A stretch of DNA of 64,000 nucleotides. It comes from Alistipes sp. Lineage in GTDB: Bacteria; Bacteroidota; Bacteroidia; Bacteroidales; Rikenellaceae. The notes beneath the pieces were generated by a model, which saw nothing but the letters and a program-made list of their open reading frames with translations, had not been told where the DNA came from and did no database searches. A program made the position numbers and the translations under genes. Positions 8,760-17,662 of the stretch are shown here, in pieces; position 1 is the stretch's first letter; every line of letters begins with the position of its first letter. Location: positions 36,111-100,110 of the forward strand of contig JAITWI010000008.1 of NCBI GenBank assembly GCA_031285345.1. Reading direction: 5' to 3'.

Positions 8760-10187
8760 ATGGAGAGGCATAACAGAATAGTGGCTTTGGACGCGGGGTC
8801 GGGCTCCGTCGTCATGGCCGTGGGTCGGCGTGACGCCGATGGCAAACTCGTGTTGGAGGATATATCCTCGCACCCTCTTGCCGGCATCACCCGCGGCGAG
8901 ATCACCAACCGCCAGCAGATGACCGAAGGCGTGCAGGCGCTGTTGGCCGCGGTGGAGCAGAAGTTGGGCCTGCGCGTGTCGGACGTCTACACCGGCACCT
9001 CGGGTCGTCACGTCCGTTTCGCGGGCCACGACTACTTCGTCTTCGTGGGCGAGGGCTCCGATGGCGAGATCCGCTCCGAGGATGTGAGGGCGCTCCACGC
9101 CGGGATGAACAACGTGCAGGCCGAGGAGGGACTCCGCATAATGGATCGCATTCCCCAAAAATATGTGGTTGACGGTCGCGACGTGGTTAAAGACCCCGTC
9201 GGCCGGTTCGGCCGTAAGCTGGACGCGACGTTCGGTTTCGTGTTGGGTTCGGCGACGCTTATCGACCGGCTCGAAAAGAGCCTGCTGGCGATGGAGATCC
9301 GCTCCCGAAAAACCTTTGCGGCGGCCATTGCGAGCGCCGAGGCGGTGTTGCTGCCCGAGGAGAGGGAGATGGGCGTGGCGGTGATAGACCTGGGCGCCGG
9401 AACCACCGACCTGTGCGTGATGCACGACAACGGGGTGCGCTTCGTGCGCGGCATTCCGTTCGGCGCGGGAGACATCAACAGCGACATCCATCAAATGGGC
9501 CTGTTGGAGAAGTATGTGGAGGGGTTGAAAAAAGAGTTCGGTCAGGCGATGGCCTCTCAGGTGGACGCCGACAAACTGATCGCCATGCCGGGCCGCTCGC
9601 CTCGCGAAAAGCAGGAGATATCGAAGAGGAACCTGGCGACGATAATCGAAAACCGCCTCCGCGAGATCATTGGCTTCGTGATGGAGGAGATCGCCGACTC
9701 GGGCTACGCGGGCAAACTCAGGGGAGGCGTCGTGCTGACGGGCGGCGGGTCGCGACTGCCGGGCATCGACGAACTGTTCGCCGAGGCGACGGGCATGGAG
9801 GTGCGACTGGCGCTTCCCGACGCGAGGGTGGCCGCCGAGAGCCTGCCCCTTGCGCAGGATCCGGCTCACGCGACCGTCATAGGACTGTTGCTGATGGCCT
9901 TGGAAGAGGAGTCGGCGCATAGGTCGGCACCGGGGACGCCATCCGGAGAGGCTCCTGCGGGAGGTGTCGGAACGGTCTCCCCGAAAGGCGGCGTATTTTC
10001 GCGACGCAACGATCCGGCCGGCGGGGGAGGGAAGATATCGCATGCGCCCGATCCCAGAGACGAGGAGGATGACGACGACGACGGCTCGGGAGGCAGAAAG
10101 AAAAAGCGCGGTCTGTTCGGCAGGTTGCGCAAAACGTTGGAGGACACCATCTTTGTCGAAACCTTGGATGGCGACGAAGACCTGTAA
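8760..10187 (+). CDS. ftsA: cell division protein FtsA
   Basis: Actin-fold motifs VALDAGSGSVVMAVG, VIDLGAGTTDL and VLTGGGSRLPG are present. The C-terminal amphipathic helix is GLFGRLRKTLEDTIF. The ATG at 8760 lies just after the ftsQ stop; the ORF track begins at an upstream GTG. Confidence 0.93.
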   Translation: MERHNRIVALDAGSGSVVMAVGRRDADGKLVLEDISSHPLAGITRGEITNRQQMTEGVQALLAAVEQKLGLRVSDVYTGTSGRHVRFAGHDYFVFVGEGSDGEIRSEDVRALHAGMNNVQAEEGLRIMDRIPQKYVVDGRDVVKDPVGRFGRKLDATFGFVLGSATLIDRLEKSLLAMEIRSRKTFAAAIASAEAVLLPEEREMGVAVIDLGAGTTDLCVMHDNGVRFVRGIPFGAGDINSDIHQMGLLEKYVEGLKKEFGQAMASQVDADKLIAMPGRSPREKQEISKRNLATIIENRLREIIGFVMEEIADSGYAGKLRGGVVLTGGGSRLPGIDELFAEATGMEVRLALPDARVAAESLPLAQDPAHATVIGLLLMALEEESAHRSAPGTPSGEAPAGGVGTVSPKGGVFSRRNDPAGGGGKISHAPDPRDEEDDDDDGSGGRKKKRGLFGRLRKTLEDTIFVETLDGDEDL

Positions 10188-10234
10188 CAACGGTTAACGA
10201 TTAAATTGGCTACGCAAAACGGCGATTTGGAATT

Positions 10235-11866
10235 ATGAACAACATACTCAAAGGTTTGGCTCTGGACGAGGTGACGCGCTCGATAATAATGGTGGCGGGA
10301 GTGGGCGGTGCGGGCGGCAACGCCCTCAACCACATGGTGGAGATGGGCATCAACGACGTCACCTTTCTGGCGACCAACACCGACGCCCAGGCGCTCGAAA
10401 AGAGTCTGGCTCAGATCAAAATTCAGTTGGGCAGCGGCTTGGGGGCGGGCAACATGCCCGAGTTAGGTCAGCAGGCGGCTAAAGAGAGCATCGACGACAT
10501 AATCAACGTGTTCCGCACCGAGGGAACGAAGATGCTCTTCATAACGGCGGGAATGGGTGGCGGCACCGGCACCGGGGCGAGTCCCATCATCGCCCGCGCG
10601 GCGCGTGAACTCGACATTTTGACGGTCGCCATCGTCACCACCCCGTTTACGGACGAGGGGCCCGTTCGCACTATGCAGGCCCGAGCGGGTATCGAAGAGC
10701 TACGGCAATACACCGACTCCCTGCTGGTGCTGAGCAACGACAGCATCGCCGAACTCTATCCCGATCTGCCCTACGACGAGGGGTTCGGCAAGGCCGACGA
10801 CGTGCTGGCCACGGCGGTGAAGGGCATCGCCGAGATAATCACCGGCCACGGCACAGTCAACGTCGACTTCAAGGACGTCAACACCGTGATGAGGGGCAGC
10901 GGCCGCGCGTTCATGGGCTCGGCTCGTGCCGCCGGATCCGACAGAGCTCTGGAGGCGGTCGAATCGTCGGTCACATCGCTGCTGCTCAACCACAGCGACA
11001 TCAAGGGCGCCAAAGATATTCTGCTCAACATAAGCTACGGCGACAGGACGGTCACCCAGCGGGAGGCGAGCACAATCCGCGGCTACCTTCAGGAGCGCAC
11101 CGGCTGGACGGCCAACCTTATTTGGGGAACGGCCCACAAGGAGTCGCTGGGCGAAGACCTTGAACTGACCATCATCGCCACCGGTTTTCCCGGAGGAGCC
11201 GACGAGGTGGTGTCCGTGCCGCCGCCCCGTCCCGCCGCGGTGCAATCGGGGGCTTTGCTGCCGGGGGCCGACTTCGATGGCGAGGCTGAGTTCGGCGACG
11301 AGCCCCGTGGAGAGTCGAGCCGTGCGGCGGATACGCATGTCAATCGCGTGGCGGAGGTCGCGGCCGATGCCATGGCCTCCGGTTCTACGGATGGTGGCCG
11401 CCAGACCGACCATGTCGGCGCGCGGATATACACCCCGCAACCCGACCCCGTTTCCGCCGGCGCGTCGGCGCGGGAAAGCCATGCCGGTCGCGAATCCCAC
11501 ATAGGTCGAGAGGCTTACGCCGCCCGGGAGTCCCTCGTCGGTCGACCGCGGTCGACCACTACGTCGACAGCCCCGACCCCCGCATCGCCTGGAACCGGAA
11601 CCGGAGTCAGAGCCGGAGCAGGAGCCGCTCCCGTGGCACCTCGCGCGGGCACCGTGCAGTGGAGGGGCAAAGACCGCTACGTGGATATCGACAACCTCGC
11701 CTCGACCCCCGCGTGGGTGCGGCGCAAAGCCAAACTGACCAATCCGTACGAAGGCAGGCCGGCGGGCAAGGCGGCGCTCAAAGATTCGCACAAAGAGGCG
11801 GCATCCGGAGCGAGCGACCAAGAAACGGACGAGACCCCAAAGTCGCAACCCTCGACGCTGTTCTAA
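10235..11866 (+). CDS. ftsZ: cell division GTPase FtsZ with a long disordered linker and tail
   Basis: GVGGAGGNALNHM and the tubulin signature FITAGMGGGTGTGASP are present. A conserved C-terminal peptide-like DIDNLASTPAWVRRK is encoded at 11678-11737. Confidence 0.96.
   Translation: MNNILKGLALDEVTRSIIMVAGVGGAGGNALNHMVEMGINDVTFLATNTDAQALEKSLAQIKIQLGSGLGAGNMPELGQQAAKESIDDIINVFRTEGTKMLFITAGMGGGTGTGASPIIARAARELDILTVAIVTTPFTDEGPVRTMQARAGIEELRQYTDSLLVLSNDSIAELYPDLPYDEGFGKADDVLATAVKGIAEIITGHGTVNVDFKDVNTVMRGSGRAFMGSARAAGSDRALEAVESSVTSLLLNHSDIKGAKDILLNISYGDRTVTQREASTIRGYLQERTGWTANLIWGTAHKESLGEDLELTIIATGFPGGADEVVSVPPPRPAAVQSGALLPGADFDGEAEFGDEPRGESSRAADTHVNRVAEVAADAMASGSTDGGRQTDHVGARIYTPQPDPVSAGASARESHAGRESHIGREAYAARESLVGRPRSTTTSTAPTPASPGTGTGVRAGAGAAPVAPRAGTVQWRGKDRYVDIDNLASTPAWVRRKAKLTNPYEGRPAGKAALKDSHKEAASGASDQETDETPKSQPSTLF
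11471..11542 (+). repeat. Four imperfect 18-bp in-frame tandem repeats in the ftsZ linker (RESHAG/RESHIG/REAYAA/RESLVG)
   Basis: Read directly from the sequence: cgggaaagccatgccggt, cgcgaatcccacataggt, cgagaggcttacgccgcc, cgggagtccctcgtcggt. Confidence 0.8.
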
Positions 11867-12102
11867 TAGTTAATCACTCGGAAAACAGAAAAATCGGAAA
11901 AACGAAAAGGCGGCGGACTTTGCGCGCATAACGCACCTTGCACACCGCCCGCATCGAACAAACCTTACGTGCCGCCCGCGCCGCCCGCATCGAATACTTT
12001 GAACGCACCAAGCACATCTATCGCTCCAGACGCTCCGGGCGAAAATAACTCTCGACTTTGGAAGTTCTATCACATACCTTCGCCTCGACCGAGGTCATAG
12101 CG

Positions 12103-13407
12103 ATGCTCGCGGGGATCGCGCTACTGATTCTCTGCTCGGCGTTCGCGTCGGGGTCTGAGACGGCCCTGTTTTCGCTCACCGCGACCGACATCGCCCAGAT
12201 GGAGGAGCACAATCCCCGACCGGCATCCAGGATAGAGCGCCTTTTGGGCGGCGAGGCGAGGGAGTACACATTGGCCACGATTCTGGTGCTCAACAACCTG
12301 GTCAACGTCGGCATAGTAATCCTTTCGGCACTCGCCATAGCCCGCACCACCCGCTTCACTTCGCCGGTGTGGGAGTTCGTCTTCACGTCGGTGGTCGTGA
12401 CGTTCATCCTGCTGCTCTTCGGCGAGATACTGCCCAAGGTCTACGCGACATACAACAACCGACGGTTCGCGGCGTTTTGCGCCCCCGTCATCGGCACCAT
12501 CGGAGCGGTGCTGCGTCCTGTGGCGTGGTTGCTGGTCAAGACCGGCTCGGGCATAAAGGGGCGCGGGCGCGAAAACCTGTCGCTGGAGGAGTTGTCGGAG
12601 GCGCTGGACGTCACCGAGGCCCACTCCGAGGAGGAGAAGCAGATTTTGGAGGGGATAGTCAGTTTCGCCGGCCGCGAGGTGGGGCAAATCATGCGTCCGC
12701 GGCTGGACATGACCACCCTCGACATCGAGGAGGGCTTCACCCGCGTCAAGGAGGTGATCGTCGCCTCGGGCTTCTCGCGCATTCCGGTCTACGAGGAGAA
12801 TATCGACCATATTCGCGGAGTGCTGTATATCAAGGACGTGGTGCCCCACATCGCGGAGGGAGACGGCTTCGAGTGGCAAAAACTGCTGCGAAAGGCCTAT
12901 TTCATTCCCGAGCACAAAAAGATCGACGACTTGTTGGAGGAGTTTCAGGCGGGGAAGGTGCATATCGCCATAGTGGTGGACGAGTATGGCTCCACGCGCG
13001 GGTTGGTGTCGCTGGAGGATATTTTAGAGGAGATCGTGGGCGAAATTTCCGATGAGAGCGACCCCGACGGAACCCTCTACACCCGCACGGCGGAGGGTGA
13101 GTACATCTTCGAGGGGAAGGCCCATTTGGGTGACGTGGAGCGGGCGCTCGATCTGGACGAGGGTTTTTTCGACGACGCTCGCGGCGAGGCGGAGACGTTG
13201 GCGGGGTTGATGCTTGAGATCCGCCGCGGTTTTTTGAAGCGCGGCGAGAGTGTCGCGTTTCGCGGCAACGGTAGCGGCGATTCCTCCGGTTCCGCCGAAA
13301 GCGCGGGTGCGGGTGCGGCGGGAATGGCGAGTGCGATGGAACTCACCGTGCTGTCGCTATCCGGCCACCGCATCGAAAAGATCAAGGTTAAGTTTAATCG
13401 AAATTGA
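12103..13407 (+). CDS. CorC/HlyC-family membrane protein (DUF21 TM domain, CBS pair, CorC_HlyC domain); GldE-like
   Basis: The N-terminus LLILCSAFASGSETALFSL is typical of DUF21. A CBS-like region and a C-terminal transporter-associated domain follow. ATG 12103 was chosen over the upstream TTG at 12058. Confidence 0.85.
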   Translation: MLAGIALLILCSAFASGSETALFSLTATDIAQMEEHNPRPASRIERLLGGEAREYTLATILVLNNLVNVGIVILSALAIARTTRFTSPVWEFVFTSVVVTFILLLFGEILPKVYATYNNRRFAAFCAPVIGTIGAVLRPVAWLLVKTGSGIKGRGRENLSLEELSEALDVTEAHSEEEKQILEGIVSFAGREVGQIMRPRLDMTTLDIEEGFTRVKEVIVASGFSRIPVYEENIDHIRGVLYIKDVVPHIAEGDGFEWQKLLRKAYFIPEHKKIDDLLEEFQAGKVHIAIVVDEYGSTRGLVSLEDILEEIVGEISDESDPDGTLYTRTAEGEYIFEGKAHLGDVERALDLDEGFFDDARGEAETLAGLMLEIRRGFLKRGESVAFRGNGSGDSSGSAESAGAGAAGMASAMELTVLSLSGHRIEKIKVKFNRN

Positions 13408-13511
13408 CGCGCCGACGCCAAGCGGCGGTTTCTCCGAATTTTCGCTCACGTGTCTCTCGGAACAGGCTTCCGGAGGCGCCATCCGCGAATTTAGACCGTC
13501 AAAAAAAAGAT

Positions 13512-14138
13512 ATGGACAGTTGGCTCGAAATACGTCCCGTCTCCGATCGGTGCGATGCACCCGAAACGCCCGCGACACATGGGGCGTGTGAGGGGAGAGA
13601 GACGTGCGGGGCGGTTCGCCGCCGGGCCGAAGGTGCGGCGTGGCGGGCGATCGTGCGCGAACGCTTGGGCGACGACATTATAATAGGTTACAACGCGCTG
13701 GGCGCCCCCGTGCTCTCGCGCTTAGCCGCCACCGGATCGCCCGAAATCACACCCGTGCCGGACGACCAAATTTGCCGCATAACGGACGACTATCCCGACC
13801 ACCCCGGCTACATCGGCGTTTCGCACACCCGCGGTTGGGTTGCTGTGGTCTGGTCGCCGGAGCCGTGCGCGGTGGACATCGAACTGAAAGGCCGCGCTAT
13901 ATCGCCCGCCGTCCGTAGCCGCTACTCGATCGAGACTATTTCGGATTGGTGCGCTCTGGAGGCGCGTTACAAATACGAGAGCCTAATCGGCGGCGCGTCG
14001 GCCTCCGAATCCGAAACGGTTCCCGGAGCCGAAATAGACGTCCCCCCCTCCTGCTCAGAATCGGCCCCTGTGGAGGTTCGTTTCGTCTCCCACCCCGAAC
14101 TCGTAGTGGCGGTGGTCGGCGCAAAAATGAAACCCTAA
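13512..14138 (+). CDS. 4'-phosphopantetheinyl transferase superfamily protein
   Basis: The motif GYIGVSHTRGWVAVVW followed by CAVDIE resembles PPTase motifs. The start is uncertain, because the ORF is open from 13404. Confidence 0.6.
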   Translation: MDSWLEIRPVSDRCDAPETPATHGACEGRETCGAVRRRAEGAAWRAIVRERLGDDIIIGYNALGAPVLSRLAATGSPEITPVPDDQICRITDDYPDHPGYIGVSHTRGWVAVVWSPEPCAVDIELKGRAISPAVRSRYSIETISDWCALEARYKYESLIGGASASESETVPGAEIDVPPSCSESAPVEVRFVSHPELVVAVVGAKMKP

Positions 14139-14755
14139 GACTCCCCGTGGATGTAAATCACCGATCCGTCCTTTATGGCGTCGATGACCGGTGCTGCGAG
14201 CGCCTGCGGCAAGGCCGGGCAACCCCAACTTCGCCCCAACCGCCCCGCCGAGGCTATCACCGACGGATTGGCGTAGGCCGCCCCGTGGATTACCACCGCG
14301 CGCGCCCGGGCGTTGTCGTTCACCCCCGGTTCGAGGCCGTCTATCAGCAGCGAGTATCCGTTGCGCCCGATGTATGTGTGATCGGTGAGAAAGAACCCCA
14401 GCGAACTTTGGTGCGATCCGCTGACGTTGGAGAACGAGGTGGCGTAGTTGCCGCCGCTTCCCTGTCCGTGGGCCACGTGGCACGAGAACAGCAACTTGCC
14501 GCACTCCATGTCTATCACCCATAGTCGCTCCAGGGTCGATGGTTTCGAGAAGTCGATGAGCGTGAGCACCTCCCTGCGGCGGTCGGCTATGCCGTAAAAT
14601 CCCTCGACGGCGCGCTCGAACACGTCGAGCGAGGTGCGACCGTCAAGTCCCAACTCCTCGAAAAGGATCTCGCTTGCGGTCGGCCGGGATTTGGCGGCGG
14701 GCTCCAATCCGGACGAACACAACAGTATGATAAGCAGAAAACCGGCTCCCTTCAT
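14135..14755 (-). CDS. L,D-transpeptidase catalytic-domain family protein (YkuD_2-like), secreted
   Basis: It has a signal peptide. The motifs HQSSLGFFLT and VIHGAAYANP...GRLGRSWGCPALP supply the catalytic His/Cys signature. Confidence 0.8.
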   Translation of the reverse strand: MKGAGFLLIILLCSSGLEPAAKSRPTASEILFEELGLDGRTSLDVFERAVEGFYGIADRRREVLTLIDFSKPSTLERLWVIDMECGKLLFSCHVAHGQGSGGNYATSFSNVSGSHQSSLGFFLTDHTYIGRNGYSLLIDGLEPGVNDNARARAVVIHGAAYANPSVIASAGRLGRSWGCPALPQALAAPVIDAIKDGSVIYIHGES

Positions 14756-14823
14756 TTCGTTCGACTATGTACACGCGAACGTAAACCGGGGCGAAAAATT
14801 GTGTCGACCGCCGAAACGCCTGT

Positions 14824-14871
14824 GAAACCGCCCCCGAAACCGCTCGCGAGACCGCCAGCAAAACCGTTCCC
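14824..14871. repeat. Four phased 12-bp repeats (gaaaccgccccc, gaaaccgctcgc, gagaccgccagc, aaaaccgttccc) in the intergenic region between the two L,D-transpeptidase genes
   Basis: The units start at 14824, 14836, 14848 and 14860, an exact 12-bp period read directly from the sequence. Confidence 0.7.
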
Positions 14872-14884
14872 TAAATGCCCCCGA

Positions 14885-16009
14885 TCAGTCGTAGACGAAC
14901 ACGACGGACTCCATTACGGGTGCGAAATCGTATATGAATTCGGCATGCGACGAGGCGTTGCGAACGCACATGTGAGACTTGGGAGTGGTGCCCAGAGTGC
15001 GGCTGAACTCTATTATATCCGCCCGAGTGTCGTTGGTCGGCACCCCGTGCAGATAGGCTCCGTTGCAGAAACGGCTGGCCCACGGCGCGTATCCGGCAAG
15101 CAGGTCGGTGCCGTCGCGGTTGTAGTACATCTTCAGCTTTTTTTCCTGCACGACGAACATCCCGACCGGGGTGGGGTGGGCGTAGGGCGGATTGTGCAGG
15201 CCGGTCGTGGCGGGATTCATGCTGCGTACCAGCCACCTGTCCGACACCTTCTCCACCGTGGCTATGTTCTGGTTGGTGCGGTCGACCATCACGGCTTTGC
15301 GAAACGCCGTCCCCTCGGCAATCGGTTTCACGTAGCGCAACTCCGCCTCCCACACTCCTGGCGCGTTATACGATTCGACGAGGCGCCGAGTCGAATCGAC
15401 ACTGTAACCTATCAGCCTGACCAGCGACCCGTCCCTGCCGTAACATTCGCCCTCAGTCTCGCCCGGCCCATAGAGCACTACCGACTGATAGCGCTCCACC
15501 CCCGCCGCGTCCGACACGAGACCGTACTCGTTGCGTGCCCACGCCTTGACCAGAGGCGACTCGCCGTTCACGTTGCCGCGATTTTGCAGCACCGCCCACA
15601 GTGAGGGAATTCGCTGTATGGAGTCGAGCATGAAGAGCCGCGCGCGCATCTTGTCGAACTGAAAGACCCTCACTCCGTCGCCGTATGGAAACGAGTCGCT
15701 TAGCGTGTAGCGGTCATACAGGAGCTCCTTTTCGAGGATCACGTCGTCCACGGTAGGCCGCTTGGGTCTTTCCGGCAATCCTGGCCTTTCCGGCACCCCG
15801 GGCGCTCCCTGTTTTCCGAATACTCCCGAATGGGCGACGCTGTCCGCCGCCCGGCCACCACGCAACCGGTATCCGACCGTCGCACCGGCGCTGTCCGCCG
15901 CCCGACCGCCGCGAGCCCGATCTTCGCCGACTACACCGCCGCGATTCTCCACGCACGACTGCGAAAGGAGCAGGCAAACGCAGGCCGCCGCCACCATCCT
16001 TAATAACAT
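14885..16009 (-). CDS. L,D-transpeptidase family lipoprotein
   Basis: The lipobox is LLLSQSC. YkuD signature residues are YLHGVPTN and LGTTPKSHMCVRN. The N-terminal region contains in-frame duplications. Confidence 0.82.
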   Translation of the reverse strand: MLLRMVAAACVCLLLSQSCVENRGGVVGEDRARGGRAADSAGATVGYRLRGGRAADSVAHSGVFGKQGAPGVPERPGLPERPKRPTVDDVILEKELLYDRYTLSDSFPYGDGVRVFQFDKMRARLFMLDSIQRIPSLWAVLQNRGNVNGESPLVKAWARNEYGLVSDAAGVERYQSVVLYGPGETEGECYGRDGSLVRLIGYSVDSTRRLVESYNAPGVWEAELRYVKPIAEGTAFRKAVMVDRTNQNIATVEKVSDRWLVRSMNPATTGLHNPPYAHPTPVGMFVVQEKKLKMYYNRDGTDLLAGYAPWASRFCNGAYLHGVPTNDTRADIIEFSRTLGTTPKSHMCVRNASSHAEFIYDFAPVMESVVFVYD

Positions 16010-16075
16010 ACCTAATGATTTTTATTACAGGGCGATGCAATTCCCCTGCCAATCTCCTTTCGAGTGGAGAGCGTA

Positions 16076-16108
16076 TCGCACTTCGGGTCGCACTTCGGGT
16101 CGCACTCT
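16076..16108. repeat. 12-bp tandem repeat tcgcacttcggg x2.7 immediately downstream of the MATE gene stop
   Basis: Read directly: tcgcacttcggg tcgcacttcggg tcgcactct. Confidence 0.75.
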
Positions 16109-17467
16109 CTACGAGGCGGCTTTGAACTGCCTGAGCTGTCTGAACAGCAGCACGGCGGCGAGCACTATGGCGGCCGAATCGGCGATGGGGAACGAGATCC
16201 ACACCCCGCGAACCCCCATCACGGGCGGCAACAGCAGCAGCAGCGGCAACAGGAAGAGCATCTGCCGTGTCATCGACAGCAGAATCGCCTTCCACGCCTT
16301 GCCGATGTACTGGAAGAAGTTGGAGGTGACTATCTGGAACCCGATTATCGGGAAAATTATCATCACCGTCCGCATCGCCCGGGCCGCTATCGCCACCAAC
16401 TCGTCGGCCTGCGGGTCGTCGGGCTTGACAAAGAGCCGCGCAACCGCCTCGGGAAAGAATTCGCCCATGATCCACGCCACCGTCATCACCCCCACGGCGC
16501 AGAAAACCGTCTGCCGGAACGCCGCCACCACGCGCTCGTATTTCCGCGCGCCGTAGTTGAATCCCACGATGGGCTGCATCCCCTGATTGAACCCGGCGCA
16601 GATCATAATGAAGAGCATCACCACGCGGTTCATCACCCCGTAGGCGCCCGAATGGAGGTCTCCGCCCTGCTCCTGCAGTGCCAGATTGACGAACGCCACA
16701 ACTATCGACGAGCAGAAGTTCAACAAAAAAGGAGCCACCCCGATCGAAATGATCCCTCCGACGATGCGCCGCCGCAATCGAAAAATCCCGCGCCGGAAGT
16801 GCAAAAAACTCTTCTCCGACGAAAAGTGGGCGATCTGAATCCCCAACACCGACAGCCACGCCAGCACCGTAGCGAACGCCGATCCGCGCACACCCCAATG
16901 GAAGACGAACAGAAACAGCGCGTTGTACACGCACGCCAGACCAATCGCCACCAGCATCATCGTCATCGCCTTGCGCGGATAACCCGACGCCCTCATCACC
17001 TCGTTCATCCCCCAAAACAGATGGTTGACCACGCTGCCGGCCAAAATTACCTGCATAAAGTCGCGCGCAGGAGGAAGCGTGGCCTCGCTCGCGCCGAACA
17101 GCATCAATATATCGTCCAGAAAAACAAAAGAGGCCGCGGCCAGAGTCGCCCCCACGATGACGTTCAACAACACCTGGTTGCCCAGAATTTGAAACGTGCG
17201 CTCCTTTTTGCCCTCGCCCAAACTTATCGAGATGAGCGCCGCCGACCCTATGCCCACCATCGACCCGAAGGCGGCCGAGATGTTCATCAGCGGCATCGCT
17301 ATGGCCATCCCCGAGAGCGCCGTCGCCCCCACCGCGTGGCCGATGAACACGCTGTCGATGATGTGGTAGAGCGACATCGACGACATGGCGATGATGGCCG
17401 GAATGGCGTAGCGCCAAAGCAGCTTGGAGATATTCTCCGTTCCCAAATCGTGCGGTATGACGGCCAT
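16109..17467 (-). CDS. MATE family efflux transporter
   Basis: 452-aa protein with 12 predicted TM helices and the N-terminus LLWRYAIPAIIAMSSMSLY, typical of MATE/NorM. The ATG at 17467 was preferred over the TTG at 17479. Confidence 0.9.
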   Translation of the reverse strand: MAVIPHDLGTENISKLLWRYAIPAIIAMSSMSLYHIIDSVFIGHAVGATALSGMAIAMPLMNISAAFGSMVGIGSAALISISLGEGKKERTFQILGNQVLLNVIVGATLAAASFVFLDDILMLFGASEATLPPARDFMQVILAGSVVNHLFWGMNEVMRASGYPRKAMTMMLVAIGLACVYNALFLFVFHWGVRGSAFATVLAWLSVLGIQIAHFSSEKSFLHFRRGIFRLRRRIVGGIISIGVAPFLLNFCSSIVVAFVNLALQEQGGDLHSGAYGVMNRVVMLFIMICAGFNQGMQPIVGFNYGARKYERVVAAFRQTVFCAVGVMTVAWIMGEFFPEAVARLFVKPDDPQADELVAIAARAMRTVMIIFPIIGFQIVTSNFFQYIGKAWKAILLSMTRQMLFLLPLLLLLPPVMGVRGVWISFPIADSAAIVLAAVLLFRQLRQFKAAS

Positions 17468-17525
17468 ATTAATGCGCAAAATTCATAACCCGCAAAGGTA
17501 CGAAAAACGAACGACAAAATAGTCG

Positions 17526-17570
17526 CACAAAAACAATTCGTAAAGAATTTGTTTTTGTGAAAAAAAAAAA
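17526..17570. promoter_or_regulatory. AT-rich imperfect palindrome (cacaaaaacaattc gtaaa gaatttgtttttgtg) followed by an A11 homopolymer, in the divergent region between the MATE gene and the surface-lipoprotein genes
   Basis: The arms are 17526-17539 and 17545-17559, with one indel. A11 lies at 17560-17570. The location is intergenic. Confidence 0.4.
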
Positions 17571-17662
17571 CAAACTTGCACTGTTTTGTTGCATTTTCGG
17601 CAGAAACTCATCAAAAAACAACCAAACTAAAACCAAACAACAAAAACCAAAACAATCAACAC

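Noticed and set aside
8736-10190. Very long antisense ORFs: 8736-10190 opposite ftsA, 2082-3362 opposite murD, 45869-47377 opposite cmk/ispH, 51451-52659, 54642-55865, 55303-56523, 62012-63256, 38221-39585.
   Set aside because: Each lies opposite a gene with strong family motifs. Their translations are Arg/His/Gly/Pro-rich with no recognisable domains. Stop-poor antisense frames are expected at this G+C content.
11870-12073. A 67-aa Cys/Arg-rich ORF on the minus strand between ftsZ and the gldE-like gene, which looks like a zinc-ribbon or peptide gene.
   Set aside because: The CxxC-like periodicity is produced by the DNA direct repeats at 11930-12016. The start is GTG, with no promoter or ribosome-binding context. 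It is better explained as non-coding repeats.
13404-13511. The N-terminal 36 codons of the listed ORF 13404-14138.
   Set aside because: The ORF begins at a TTG overlapping the upstream stop and encodes an Arg-rich, non-conserved peptide. The ATG at 13512, preceded by an A-rich stretch, is a more plausible start, though it remains uncertain.
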